Shown: positions 1-11,951, numbered from the stretch's first letter. The stretch is DNA of 64,000 nucleotides from Octopus sinensis (GCF_006345805.1 NC_043003.1:45818001-45882000); one strand, 5' to 3'. Numbers and translations are program-made. The notes: generated by a model from the sequence alone, not told the origin.

Positions 1-97
1 TTTTATTGTCTTGTATGAGGTCTGTTGCATGTGTTGCTTTAGGTTATTCAGTGCTTGCTGTATATACGTGAGTGCTCTGTGTGAAGATAGTTCTATC

Positions 98-530
98 AGC
101 AAGCTGGCAGAACCGTTAGCACGCCGGGCGAAATGCTTAGCGGTAGTTCGTCTGCCGCTACGTTCTGAGTTCAAATTTAGCCGAGGTCGACTTTGCCTTT
201 CATCCTTTCGAGTCGATAAATTAAGTACCAATTACGCACGGGAGTCGATGTAATCGGCTTAATACGTTTGTCTGTCCTTGTTTGTCCCCTCTATGTTTAG
301 CCTCTTGTGGGCAATAACGAAATAAGTATCGTAAGCATACTGGACGAAATGCTTAGCGGTATTTCGCCCGTTGCTACTTTCTGAGTTCAAATTCCGCTTA
401 GGTCAGCCTTGCTTTTCATCCTGTCGGGCTCGATAGATAAAGTACCAATTGCATACCTGGGTCGATCTAATTGACTAGTCCCCGTCTCCCCAAATTTCAG
501 GCGAGGCCTTGTGCCTATAGTAGAAAAGAC
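98..530 (+). mobile_element. Two head-to-tail tRNA-derived SINEs (family A: long-tail copy then short-tail copy)
   Basis: A-box-like AGCTGGCAGAA and B-box-like GAGTTCAAAT, then the central domain GGTCGACTTTGCCTTTCATCCTTTCG..GTCGATAAATTAAGTACC. The same sequence recurs more than 10 times in the window. The central domain resembles the MetaSINE Meta domain (inference). Confidence 0.85.
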
Positions 531-543
531 TATTATTATTATT

Positions 544-1092
544 GAGTAAGAGAGCAGTGCATACCATCAAAGTGATCCTGGGGTAAAATATACGAAGCCC
601 AATATACTCATCATGACTCCCTATCCGATAATGGTACACCAAGCACATGCATCACTACCATATGTGCACGACATGTTGATCTCTTATCAGGATTAACAGT
701 GCATTATCTTGCAGGTGGGTCCCAGTTAGAATTTTCTTCAGGTTGAGTAGCTCATCACACTAAAAAAGTCTCTGAATAAGGTTTATTTTAAGGATGATGA
801 ACAAAACACCCATGTTTCCAGAGGTGAATAATTCAAACCCCCAAAGAAGCCTTCTCAACACATGGCTATGATGTTTCCCCACTACTTCTGCTGGTGATAA
901 AAGATGCGCATATCGTCAGCCTCTAAGGGACATACTCAACTGGCTAAGATCAAACAATTGACAAGCAAAGCTGTGGTATTGAGCAGAATATTTGCTGTTG
1001 CCCATCATCTTACACCAAGATAAAACAATGTACGTGATAACACTTCCAATCAGTTAAGATAAGAAGCCATGAGATTCTGGTACTGCATCTGG
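544..1092 (-). mobile_element. About 550-bp non-coding AAT-tailed interspersed repeat (probable 3' UTR or non-autonomous derivative of an RLE LINE)
   Basis: Flanked by (ATT)n on the left and (TAA)n on the right. Its terminal ~40 nt (GAG..AGAGAGCAGTGCAT.C.ATCAAAGTGA) recur at 2998-3036, again next to (ATT)n. No ORF. Confidence 0.6.
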
Positions 1093-1123
<31 letters not shown>

Positions 1124-1158
1124 TAATAATAATAATAATAATATAATAATAATAATAA
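1093..1158 (+). repeat. (TAA)n microsatellite hosting retroelement insertions
   Basis: Direct reading. Confidence 0.95.
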
Positions 1159-1298
1159 CTTTAAAAAAAAAAAAAATGAACGAACTACTGAGTTTGGTTT
1201 AATGGCCTACCAATATACACTATGAGTTTCTTTGCCCTAGGAGTCGGGAAGACACTCGGCAAGAAATGGAAGAAAATTTGAAAGAAGAAAAAAAAAAG
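1157..1298 (+). mobile_element. Isolated 3' UTR end of the R4/Dong element (heavily 5'-truncated copy)
   Basis: Near-identical to 2790-2928 (AAAAATGAACGAACTA..GCCCTAGGAGTCGGGAAGACACTCGGCAAGAAATGGAAG..). Ends in an A-run followed by (TAA)n. Confidence 0.9.
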
Positions 1299-1317
1299 TA
1301 ATAATAATAATAATAAT

Positions 1318-2928
1318 AAGTGTGCCAAGGCCACTTTCCAGAAAGGGAAAGTGAAGACCACAAATTCGGTCGTGTTAGATGTTGACACAGTCATAAGAGA
1401 GCTTGAGCAAGAACAAACATACAAATATTTAGGGATAAATGAAGGCTCTGGTATTCAGCATGCAAACATGAAAGAGAAGATCAGGAAGGAATGTTATAGG
1501 AGAGTTCGTGCAGTCCTGAAATCTGAACTAAATGCACGCAACAAGGTGTTAGCTATAAATTCCTTAGCAGTTCCAGTTGTTACTTATAGCTACAATGTGT
1601 TGAACTGGAATATGAGTGAAGTAAAGAATATAGATAGGAAAATACGCAAGCTGCTGAGTTGTAATAGGATGCACCACCCAAAGGCAGACGTAGATCGCCT
1701 TTACCTTCCCAGAGCCCAAGGAGGTCGAGGCCTGATCCAATTTGAACTAGCTTACAAAACAACCACAATTGGACTGGCCAAATATCTCGAAATATCGAAT
1801 GACTGGATGCTAAAGCTCGTGGAAAATCACGAGAGACGAAAGAAGCTTCATTCTATTATAAAGGAAAGCAAAAAATTTGCTATTGATCTCGTGCAGGATA
1901 CCCAAACTGAACAACCCGAGGGAAGTACGGCAACTATTGTTGCAAAGAAGGTGAAAATGACGGCAACGAAAAAAGCGCACGAGCAATTGGCTGATAGGTG
2001 GGAGGAGAAACCTCTGCACGGCAAATATGTGGCCCGCAGCAAACAAGCTGATGTTGACCAGAAGCAAACCCATCAGTGGCTACGGAGCTCAGGGCTAAAA
2101 GCAGAGAGCGAAGGTTTCATCCTGGCTGCTCAAGATCAAAGCCTATTAACCCGGAACTACCAGGCCAATTTGATGAAAAATGGAGCAGACCCAAAATGCC
2201 GATTCTGCAACGACATGATTGAAACAGTGGACCACCTAATCTCTAGATGTAAAGTCTTAGCACCAGTGGAGTATAAATTAAGACATGACAGAGTTGGCCA
2301 ATATCTCCACTGGCTAATAAGTCGGCATTACAATATCAAAACTGCCGACAAGTGGTATAATCACCACCCTGAGGCTGTAACTGAAGGAGAAAATGTAACC
2401 ATTCTGTGGGACTTTCCAGTACATACAGACCGAACCATCAAGGCCAATAAACCAGATATTGTTGTGAAAGACCAAAACAATAAAGTTGCTTATTTATCGA
2501 CATGAGCATCCCTGTGATCATAATATCTCAGCGAAAGAGTTTGACAAGCTCAGAAATATAAAGACCTACTCATTGAAATTGAGAAAATGTGGCATCTCAA
2601 GGCGGTTACAATACCAGTGATCGTAGGAGCACTAGGAATGATCAAGAAGGGAACCGAAAATTATATGAGAATGATCCCTGGCTTACCATCCCTGCAAGAA
2701 GTGCAAAAGATTGTCTTAACTGGTACATCACACGTATTGAGAAGAGCATTGTCGATGTGAGAACTGTTGCTGCTCATGTATTTTAATTTAACTTAAAAAA
2801 AAAAAAAAATGAACGAACTATTGAGTTTGGTTTAATGGCCTACCAATGTATACTATGAGTTCTTTGCCCTAGGAGTCGGGAAGACACTCGGCAAGAAATG
2901 GAAGCAAATTTGAAAGAAGAAAAAAAAA
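1318..2928 (+). mobile_element. 5'-truncated R4/Dong-clade non-LTR retrotransposon with 3' UTR and A-tail, inserted in (TAA)n
   Basis: RT C-terminal motifs (YKYLG, HHPKADVDRLYLPRAQGGRGL), CCHC knuckle CRFCNDMIETVDHLISRC, RHD motif, and restriction-like endonuclease KPDIVVKD..D..K..KY. (TAA)n on both sides. Confidence 0.92.
1321..2760 (+). pseudogene. RT thumb, CCHC and RLE portion of the R4/Dong ORF; open for 384+ codons, then three -1 shifts at 2485-2557, stop at 2758-2760
   Basis: Manual reframing gives KVCLFIDMSIPCDHNISAKEFDKLRKYKDLLIEIEKMWHLKAVTIPVIVGALG...HVLRRALSM*. Confidence 0.88.
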
Positions 2929-3036
2929 ATAATAATAATAGTAATAATAATGATAATAATAATAATAATGATAATAATAATAACAATTATTATTATTATT
3001 GAATGAGAGAGCAGTGCATGCAATCAAAGTGACACG

Positions 3037-3515
3037 GTGAGCTGGCACGAATCGTTAATGCGCCGGACGAAATTTAGTGCTTGCTGTATATACTTGTGTG
3101 CTCTGTGTAAAGATAGTTCTCTTAGCGAGCTGGCAGAAACGTTAGCACGCCGGGCGAAATGCTTAGCGGTATTTCGTCTGCCGCTACGTTTTGAGTTCAA
3201 ATTCCGCCGAGGTCGACTTTGCCTTTCATCCTTTCGGGGTCGATTAAATATGTACCAGTTACACACTGGGGTCGATATAATCGACTTAATTCGTTTGTCT
3301 GTCCTTGTTTGTCCTCTCTGTATTTAGCCCCTGTGGGTAGTAAAGAAATAGGTATTTCACCCGTCAATACGTTCTGTGTTCAATTTCCACTGAAATTTCC
3401 TCCTTTCATTCTTTTGGGATGGATAAATTAAGTACGAGTGCAACACTGGGTGGATATAATCGACTAGACGCCTCCTACAAAATTTCAGGCCTTCTACCTG
3501 TAGTAGAAAGGATTA
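3037..3515 (+). mobile_element. Family A SINE cluster (head fragment, long-tail copy, short-tail copy)
   Basis: Same motifs as 98-530. Confidence 0.85.
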
Positions 3516-3584
3516 TTAAAATTAATAAGCAGCGAGCAGGCAGAATCGTTGGCACGCCGGCTGAAAAGTATTTTTATTCTTTTA

Positions 3585-3958
3585 TTTTGTTTCACTCATT
3601 TGACTGCAGCTATGCCGGAGCACCACCTTTAGTCGAACAAATCGACAGCAGGACTTATTCTTTGTAAGCCTTGTACTTATTCTATGTGTCACTTCTGCCG
3701 AACTGCTAGGTTGCGGTCAGGTAAGCACACCAACATCGGTTGTCAAGCGATGATGGAGGAACAAACACACACAAATACACGCAAACATATATATAAATAT
3801 ATACGACGGGCTTCTTTCGATTTCCGTCTACCAAATTCACTCACAAGGCTTTGGTCGACCCGAGGCTATAGTAGAAAACACTTGCCCAAGGTGTCACGCA
3901 GTGAGACTGAACCCAGAACCATGTAGTTGACAACCAAGCTTTTACAGCACAGACATTC
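3585..3958 (-). mobile_element. Family B tRNA-derived SINE with CORE-like domain and internal (TA)/(TG) microsatellite
   Basis: Reverse strand reads ..CATGGTTCTGGGTTCAGTCTCACTGCGTGACACCTTGGGCAAGTG.., resembling the CORE-SINE domain. Same tail as copies at 17636, 40301, 49735 and 53480. Confidence 0.85.
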
Positions 3959-3960
3959 CT

Positions 3961-4320
3961 GCTTAACGGTATTTCGTCTGCCGCTACGTTCTGAGTTCAA
4001 ATTCCACCGAGGTCGACTTTGCCTTTCATACTTTCGGGATCAATTAAATAAGTACCAGTTACGCATTGGGGTCGATATAATCGACTTAATCTGTTTGTCT
4101 GTCCTTGTTTGTCCTCTCTGTGTTTAGCCCCTTGTGGGTAGTAAGGAAATAGATATTCCGTCTGCCGCTACGCTGTGTTCAAATTCCGCTGAGTTTTACT
4201 ATGCCTTTCATCCTTTCGGTGTCGATAAAATATATACCAGTTGAACACTGGGATCGAAGTATTCGACTTACTCCGTTTTCAAAATTGCTGGCCTTGTGTC
4301 AAAATTTGAAACCGGTATTA
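3961..4320 (+). mobile_element. Family A SINE pair (5'-truncated long-tail copy then short-tail copy)
   Basis: Motif identity with other copies. Confidence 0.85.
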
Positions 4321-5452
4321 TAATTGCTTTTGCTGTTGATGTTGTTGTTCTTGTAGTTAGCATTGTTGTTGTAAGCATTGTTGTTCCATAGCAGAAGTAG
4401 TGTGCCTAGTATTTACTTAATCAATTCGAAGTCCAGTAGCCAACGAAAATATGCCGTCTACAAATATCAATCGTGGAACCTACTATTGATTCAATCAATA
4501 AATTAACTCTAGAAGTTTGAAAATTTCTTCACTTGATTGTATAAGTAATTCCGGAGCGGTCATTTTCGGAATGAAGTTCATGTGAATTCTCTTACTCATG
4601 GTGTCAAGGAAACGAAATTTATACACTTTTATAGACAAGGGGCCCTTTCATAGTCGTTAGTACATTTGCAAATTCGAAAAAGCGAAACATCTCAGGTCTT
4701 CCGACCTACGCATAGCAATTAATAAACCCGTTGATTTAAAAATTTACGAGACTTCTTAATCTACGGAAGCAAATATATCAATGACAAACCATCCAAAATT
4801 TTAGTAAACAAACAGTCCTAACAAAGAAGCTAAAAAGAATAGAAGTTAATTAGTAAATGTCGCCATGAGAATAGATTTTATATCTTAATTTATAATAAAA
4901 TGCTCTCCAGATGTAAATAATCGGAAGTTCACCACCGGAAGTTCACCATCAAACTATCAAAGTAAAGTCAAGCGGAAAACCTTAACATGCTGTCATCTTA
5001 ATGCTGTTTCATTCGACCATGACAAAGACCTCACCACCGACTGAGAATTACCTCTGATAACGAGATATAAAGTAGCTTTAACTAATTTACGTAAATTACT
5101 ATAACCAAGTTATCGAAATTGTTTTGCCTTGTCTGGAAAGTTATTTTCTATGCCCAAATGTAGTTTCTCGGCGGGACTATAGAAAGGTCATCATAATACA
5201 ACCTTGTGTTTTATTTCACAAAATACATGAGTATGAATTACACAGTTTTAAATTATGTAGGAAGAGAAGACAACGAATAAGCATCCCAAAGCTGTTTCTT
5301 TTTATTAGTTAACTGAAGAGAAGAAACAGGTATTTGAGGAAATTAAGTTCAGATCCACACTTCATTTAGAATGCCTAAGTAGACATTCCGGCGAAGGAAT
5401 GTCTGGTCATCGAGAGAAACACTACGATGCTCTTCTAAATAATTTCAATACA

Positions 5453-5610
5453 GGGGCAGTCATGGCTGTGTGGTTAGAAGGTCCCTTCCCATACACATGG
5501 TTCTGGGTTCAGTCCCACTGAGCAAGTGCCTCGTGCTATAGCCTCGGACCAACCAATATTTTGTGAGTGGAGTTGGTAGACGGAAACGGAAAGAAGCCCG
5601 TCGTATATGA
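5453..5610 (+). mobile_element. Family B SINE, 5' half
   Basis: GGCTGTGTGGTTAG..GGTTCTGGGTTCAGTCCCACTG..GGTAGACGGAAAC..AAAGAAGCCCGTCGTATA. Confidence 0.8.
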
Positions 5611-5739
5611 AAGGAGAGATTTCAACCTGAATGCATCATGGTTAAATACAATTGAGAGACAATACTGTACCAACACTAACAGTAAAACATACAAAATTGA
5701 CGAATAAACCTTCGCTATAGTAGTAGGCAAACTGCTGAA

Positions 5740-7365
5740 AAGGGAAAGCACCTGGAAGGGACCTAATAGTTGGATATTGGTACAAGTAGCTGAAATTATA
5801 TGGAAACCAGTTGATATATATGTTCAAAAGGAATATGGAAGATCAGACCGATATACCAAATTGGCTTGCTTACAGCAAGGGCATATCTTGTTGCCAAAAA
5901 TGAAATCACCGAGATGACAGGAAACTACAGGCCCATTGCTTGCCTAAACATTATGTACGAACTGCACACAAGTCGCCTCAACCAATTCCTTCAGGACCAT
6001 TGTGAGTCGAACAACATTGTGACTGATGAACAGGCTGGTGGAAAGAAGGAAGTGTAGGGATGTGCCCAACAAATTTTAAATAAACAAAGCTATACTGTCT
6101 GAAGTAAGAAAACAGCATAAAAACTTTGTGACAGTATGGCTTGACTATAAGAAGGCATTCGACTCTATCTCACATTCATGACTGTTTAACTGATTGTTTA
6201 AATGACTACCACCATGATTGCTGCCATAGCGGGATTCACAAAGGCATGGACAACAATTCTCACCCTTCCAACTGAGAACAGAATAATTGTTTCAGATAAA
6301 ATATGCATTTTAAAGGAAATATTCCGGAGAGATAGTCTTTCTGTACTTCTTTTCATTTTGGCACTGAATCCATTATCGTTCCTACCGCAGAAAACATATT
6401 GTTACATGCTAAGATCTTCAACTGCTAAAAATATCAATGCAACTCCTAATTTCTTTATAGACCACCTCAGCATTTATGCTAAAAGTGTTAATGCCAAAAC
6501 ACAACTGGAAATAATAATTAATTAATAACATTTTCAGCTGATATAATAACATTTTAGTTAATTAAATTATAATATCTAATAACATTTTCAGCTGCTATAT
6601 GCATGGAATTTGACCAAAAGAAATGTTCAAATTTGGTTGGAGAAGAAACAACTCAGTCCTCCAGACCAAAAACCTGTGCATCAACGATCTCTCCATCTCC
6701 CCCATTCCACACAAAGAAGGCATTCGACTCTATCTCTCATTCATGATTTTTTAAATGCCTACCACCCTAATTGCTGCCATAGAAAGATTCACAAAGACAT
6801 GGACAACAAATTTCTCCATAGATAAAAATGTATCATATGAAGGCACCGTGAATACAAAAAGAATGACCTGAAAATATTACACCAGACTTCCTATAAAGCC
6901 TCAGAACAGTTGGGCTCTCTTATCTCAGAGAAGACCTGGATGGAAAGCACTCAGCATACAAAAACAAAAAGTCTATGCATGGGTATGTTGGCCGGAATGT
7001 TGAAGAAGACTGTAGAATTGACACGAAGTACAGCCTCTCTTGGACTCAAGACCACTACATTACATCACACGTTTGCAATCCAGAAACAGGAGGTTGCTAC
7101 AAGGTACTTAGTGAACAAGAGAGACAAAGACACTCTTATAATACCAAGGTGCAAACGCATGTGTAGGCTATATCATGTTTCTGTGAAAGACATCACGCAT
7201 GTGATTATCATCTGTCCTAAAATGTCGTCACGGTACGACTTCCCTACGCGGCACGATGTCGTCTCTAAATTTACAATTCCAACCGCAAAAAAAGACTGTC
7301 CTGAAGTAAACTTAGAAAATCCGTCTGCCATGGAATACATTCCTAAACACCAACTCAAGGAATTG
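5740..7365 (+). pseudogene. Decayed, internally deleted second RLE (R4/Dong-like) retrotransposon
   Basis: Fragmentary motifs KAPGRDLIVGYWYK, NYRPIACLNIMY, EQAGGKK, VWLDYKKAFDS, IFRRDSLSVLLFILALNPLS, and CRLYHVSVKDITHVIIICP..RHDVV. Many stops and frameshifts. Confidence 0.8.
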
Positions 7366-7632
7366 GTAGACAGACAGACAGACAGACAGACATATATGAA
7401 TAGACTTTGGGTTACTTTTCTTCTTTTCTGGAAATTTTGAGATAATCGTAGTTTTGTTTAATATTGGTAAATATACATAACTATATTGATATAGTTTCGG
7501 CTGGAAAGGTTTTGCTGAGCATATTTCGAATAGCAGTCAATTATTTTTAACTATCACACAAACAACACGCACACATGCATGCGAGCACATTAATTGTATT
7601 AGTGTGTTTGTATATGTATATGTACCATTATA

Positions 7633-7634
<2 letters not shown>

Positions 7635-7705
<71 letters not shown>
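7635..7705. repeat. (TA)n microsatellite
   Basis: Direct reading. Similar (TA)n, (TACA)n and (GATA)n tracts occupy 8115-9190. Confidence 0.95.
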
Positions 7706-7711
<6 letters not shown>

Positions 7712-8113
7712 ATACACGAGTCTCGAGATGTGCCGAAGATTTTCTATTTTGAATATATTTGGGGTACTTAGGTCTGCCCAGTACTTAGTGCTTGCTTTTT
7801 CCATGGGTATGAGTAAGTATTTCACTTATATCTCACGTATTTATCGCTGAAGATGGGAAAATTCTTATGAATTAACCCCGAAATTGGGACCAATACGGTA
7901 ATAACGGATTTTTTAGAAATGTCTATCGGTTTGTTTCGAGACGCATAATTTATAATGGTTATTGACAATTTTGTCTTTTTTTCACCATATTTGGCATTAG
8001 AATTTTTCTTTTGCCCTTATTTTGTAAATTATTTTAAAATTTAACCGTTAACGGTATTTTTTATATGCTGGCCATTGATAAATTTTTTCTCCCGAAAAGA
8101 AATTTATCCTACA
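7706..8113 (+). mobile_element. About 400-bp non-coding element between (TA)n tracts carrying a hammerhead motif; probable Penelope-like terminal repeat or retrozyme-like element
   Basis: Contains the hammerhead fold at 7841-7901. The Penelope assignment is inferred from the known association of minimal hammerheads with Penelope-like elements. Confidence 0.55.
7841..7901 (+). ncRNA. Type I hammerhead ribozyme candidate; predicted cleavage AUA^ between 7895 and 7896
   Basis: Stem I TTATCG/CGGTAA; core CTGAAGA (7847-7853); stem II GGG/CCC plus AATTC/GAATT; GAAA (7880-7883); stem III ATTG(G)/(C)CAAT; triplet ATA. Confidence 0.8.
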
Positions 8114-8114
8114 T

Positions 8115-8169
<55 letters not shown>

Positions 8170-8375
8170 GTAGTATTATTCCGAAAACACGCAAAAAATA
8201 ATTGTATTTTTGTTTGCTTTTCTATGTGTGGAGGTTTATTTACAGATGGGATGTGATCACACTTGGTGATTGGCAATGGCAGTGAAATGTTACTGTAATC
8301 GCACAAACAGAAACACGAACTCGCACGCGGACACCGATATACATACACACATACATACATACATACATACATACA

Positions 8376-8411
<36 letters not shown>

Positions 8412-8620
8412 TACATATATATATATTATATACATGTATTTATATATATACACATATATATATATATACATACATACGTATAAATATATATATATATATA
8501 TATATACATATACATGTGTGTGTATATATAATGGAAAGAAAAAGAACGAATGAGGAAACAAACCAGGGACTGTGTTGAAGATAGATATGCAGATATATAG
8601 ATATATAGATAGATAGATAA

Positions 8621-8707
<87 letters not shown>

Positions 8708-8942
8708 TGGACTTATTTTGTTCCTTTCTTTTCATTATTTTCGAATATTTTTGAATAAATTATCGAATTTGTATTTACGTTTCGTGATAACATAACTATT
8801 TCTATATATTTATTTATCTTAGCGTTTGGAACGTGTTACCGGATATATTAGGAATAACAATCAACTCTCATTATAATAACATCTAGCTATCTTTCAGACA
8901 ATCTCTTCTTCACTCGCTCCTCCTCTCACATTCACAAGCACC

Positions 8943-8989
<47 letters not shown>

Positions 8990-9045
8990 TATATATACAC
9001 ATATATATATGTATATGTTATATATACATATATACATACACACAC

Positions 9046-9089
<44 letters not shown>

Positions 9090-11712
9090 ATACATACACA
9101 CACACAAATACACACACATATATATATGTATGCATACACATTTGTTTTTGTATGTATATATAAATGTATATATGTGCAAATATATATATACATCCGTACA
9201 AACACTTCGGTAGATAAATAGTGATTTGCTTTCATGTCAAGTTATATACTTAAAAAAAGAACCCAAATAATTACTGATTTTGTTTTAGTACATATAAACT
9301 TGTATAAGAAAAGGTTGACAATCACTTCGATGTTACGGTTTACCTGCGCACATCATATGTTTGCTTGGGTTAAATTATGGTTTTATATAAACTTTGACAA
9401 GTTTGATTTGGGGGAAAGATGAAGATTTGTGAACGATAATTAGGTGTAACTTAGGTAAGCCGTGGATGTAATTGTGAACAGAAATGGATAGGAGGTATGT
9501 AAATGTTTGTTAGATGAAGTTTGATAGAAAGTAATTGAGAGCAGCGCTATCTTGGCTTGATATAGGAATGTTATTATTGTTTATGATTTAAGCATGGAAA
9601 TAATGGTGTAAGTAATACGTCCAACTAAGGTCATGGCATTCTTTGCATAACAGTAAGTTTTTGAAGTGATTTAGGTTTCACAAAAACTGTGCGTACATAA
9701 AACAGATGGTTTCACACCAATGGTAAGATTGAGTTGGAACTGAAGTTGTACTTATTAGATTTCTACTGAGTAATTTGAAACTTAGCTGATGAGACTATGC
9801 TTATATTATATTATTCTACACAAATGCATACAAGTAACTACATAATGTTGCCGAAGCATGCAAATGACTGCATCAGGATGGTGCATTTAAATAGGTATAT
9901 CGATGTAAATGGCTATGCATATGTGTCTCTATATATGTCTGATGGCATAACACTAACTTTTCTCTAAGCAACATATCCATGTATGTATGTATGTATGTAT
10001 GTATGTATGTATGTATGTATGTATGTATGTATGTATGTATCTATCTATCTATCTATGAATTTTTCACATTCCCTCTTAACTCTATCAGCATGTGTGATGT
10101 AGTCCTTTTCATTGTTCTTTCCTAGGTTCAAACATTTCTAACGTGTATTGATCAAGAAGCATTTCTCACTAAAACCTTTACACAATATATCTATTGTATC
10201 TTTAAAGTTTATGTCAGAATGTTATTTTCGGGAGTACATAATTGTTGTAACGCTCATGTTCTCCTGCTGCCAGTTTTCTTAAGAATAAATGCGCTTTCTT
10301 ATCGTCGTCCCAATCTTTGCAATGTTTATTGAAAATTTGCTTGTATTTTCTTATAGCACGCCTCGAAGGTAACTCCTTCGTCTGGTTCGTACTAAAACTC
10401 TGTTAACGAGTTCGCAAAATAATCTGGCGAGAACATTTTTTTCAGCATTTCTGACGACTTACTATTCATTGATTGCAACATTTGTTCCTGTAATAGTAAT
10501 CATTGTTGTTGCTGCTGCTGTTTTTGCAGCCCGAGAAAATCGGCCAACAAATCTTCCATAATTTTACGCTTTTGTATGCTTTGAAAATCGCACAAAACTA
10601 CTTTTGGGACTTTGTCAACTGTAATCCTTTAAGTCGGATTGTTATAAAGCCCCCTTTGGTATAGCCGTATAGTTGTTAGACCGGTAAATACACGACTATC
10701 TAAGGACGTCTACTTCGTGCTCTCACTTCACACTGACCTTATTTATAGCGGCCAGGACATACCATTTGTCACGTGGGAAGGGTGTACCATTATTAATATT
10801 ATTACCACAACATAGATATATAGATTGATATATACATACATACATACACACACATACTTACCTACATGATACATAAATACATACATACATAATACATACA
10901 TACACAGGGTATATCGCAGTGCTAGTATACGGTTCACAGTTCCGCAGATTTTCGATAACTTGCAGAAAATCCTCAGAGAACTACAAGATTTATACGTAGG
11001 TGCTTCCTAAAAATAAAATACTTTGCTATATTTTATTTAAGGCGAGAATAGGAAAGAGTGCAAATGAGGGCAGCGATGTGCAACTCAGGAAAAAAAAAAT
11101 ACATGGTGAGAGGTCCATGGTAATGAAATGAATTAAATTAAAAATCACGCGAATAGCGCTACCGAACATAGCCACAACCACTGGCTGGAACAAGTAACGA
11201 ATTAAAGATAAAAGGTATATATGTACATGCATGCACGCAGACGCGCGTGCGCACAGACAAATTCACGCACACGCACTCATGCAAACTCGTATTTATACAC
11301 ACACATGAAGGGAGAGATATATAGTTAGGAAAAAAAATCGTTGGGTATATCAGACAGTTTAATACGGGTGTGATTCAGTTAACCATCCGTTCAGCCATTG
11401 CCTCCCCCATTCACACCCCTTTTCATACTGTAAATTTTGAATATCATGTCATTACTGACAAAAACCATTGTCCTTTTCTGCACCGTACACCCTTCTCCTC
11501 CTCCTCCTCACGCTTCCATCCTTTCCCTTTCATGCTTCACTGTACACAATCATCTCAACCCACCACTCTCTTACTCCCTCCCTCTCATCCTTTCACTTTT
11601 CGTACATAAATAAACAAATAAGCATATATATATATATATACACATTTGTGTGTATATGTATATATCAGTATATATATATAGTGTGTGCATGTGAATGTGT
11701 GTGTGTATGATG

Positions 11713-11744
<32 letters not shown>

Positions 11745-11851
11745 CATGTATATATGTGTGTGTGTGTCTATATATATATATATATAATATATATATATGT
11801 ATGTGTATATATGTATATATATATGTGTGTGTATGTGTGTGTGTATGATGA

Positions 11852-11883
<32 letters not shown>

Positions 11884-11951
11884 ATATATATGTATGTATA
11901 TACACGCATATATGTATGTATATATATATATATATATATCTATCTATCTAT

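Noticed and set aside
725-745. CTGAAGA on the minus strand of the 544-1092 repeat
   Set aside because: No stem II or GAAA follows, so it is not a hammerhead.
5381-5404. Perfect 9-bp hairpin AGACATTCC-GGCGAA-GGAATGTCT
   Set aside because: No U-tract, no CTRR terminus at the expected distance and no second copy; compatible with chance in 64 kb.
9420-9900. Possible old LINE remnant on the minus strand
   Set aside because: The composition is suggestive, but I could not recover a convincing protein motif.
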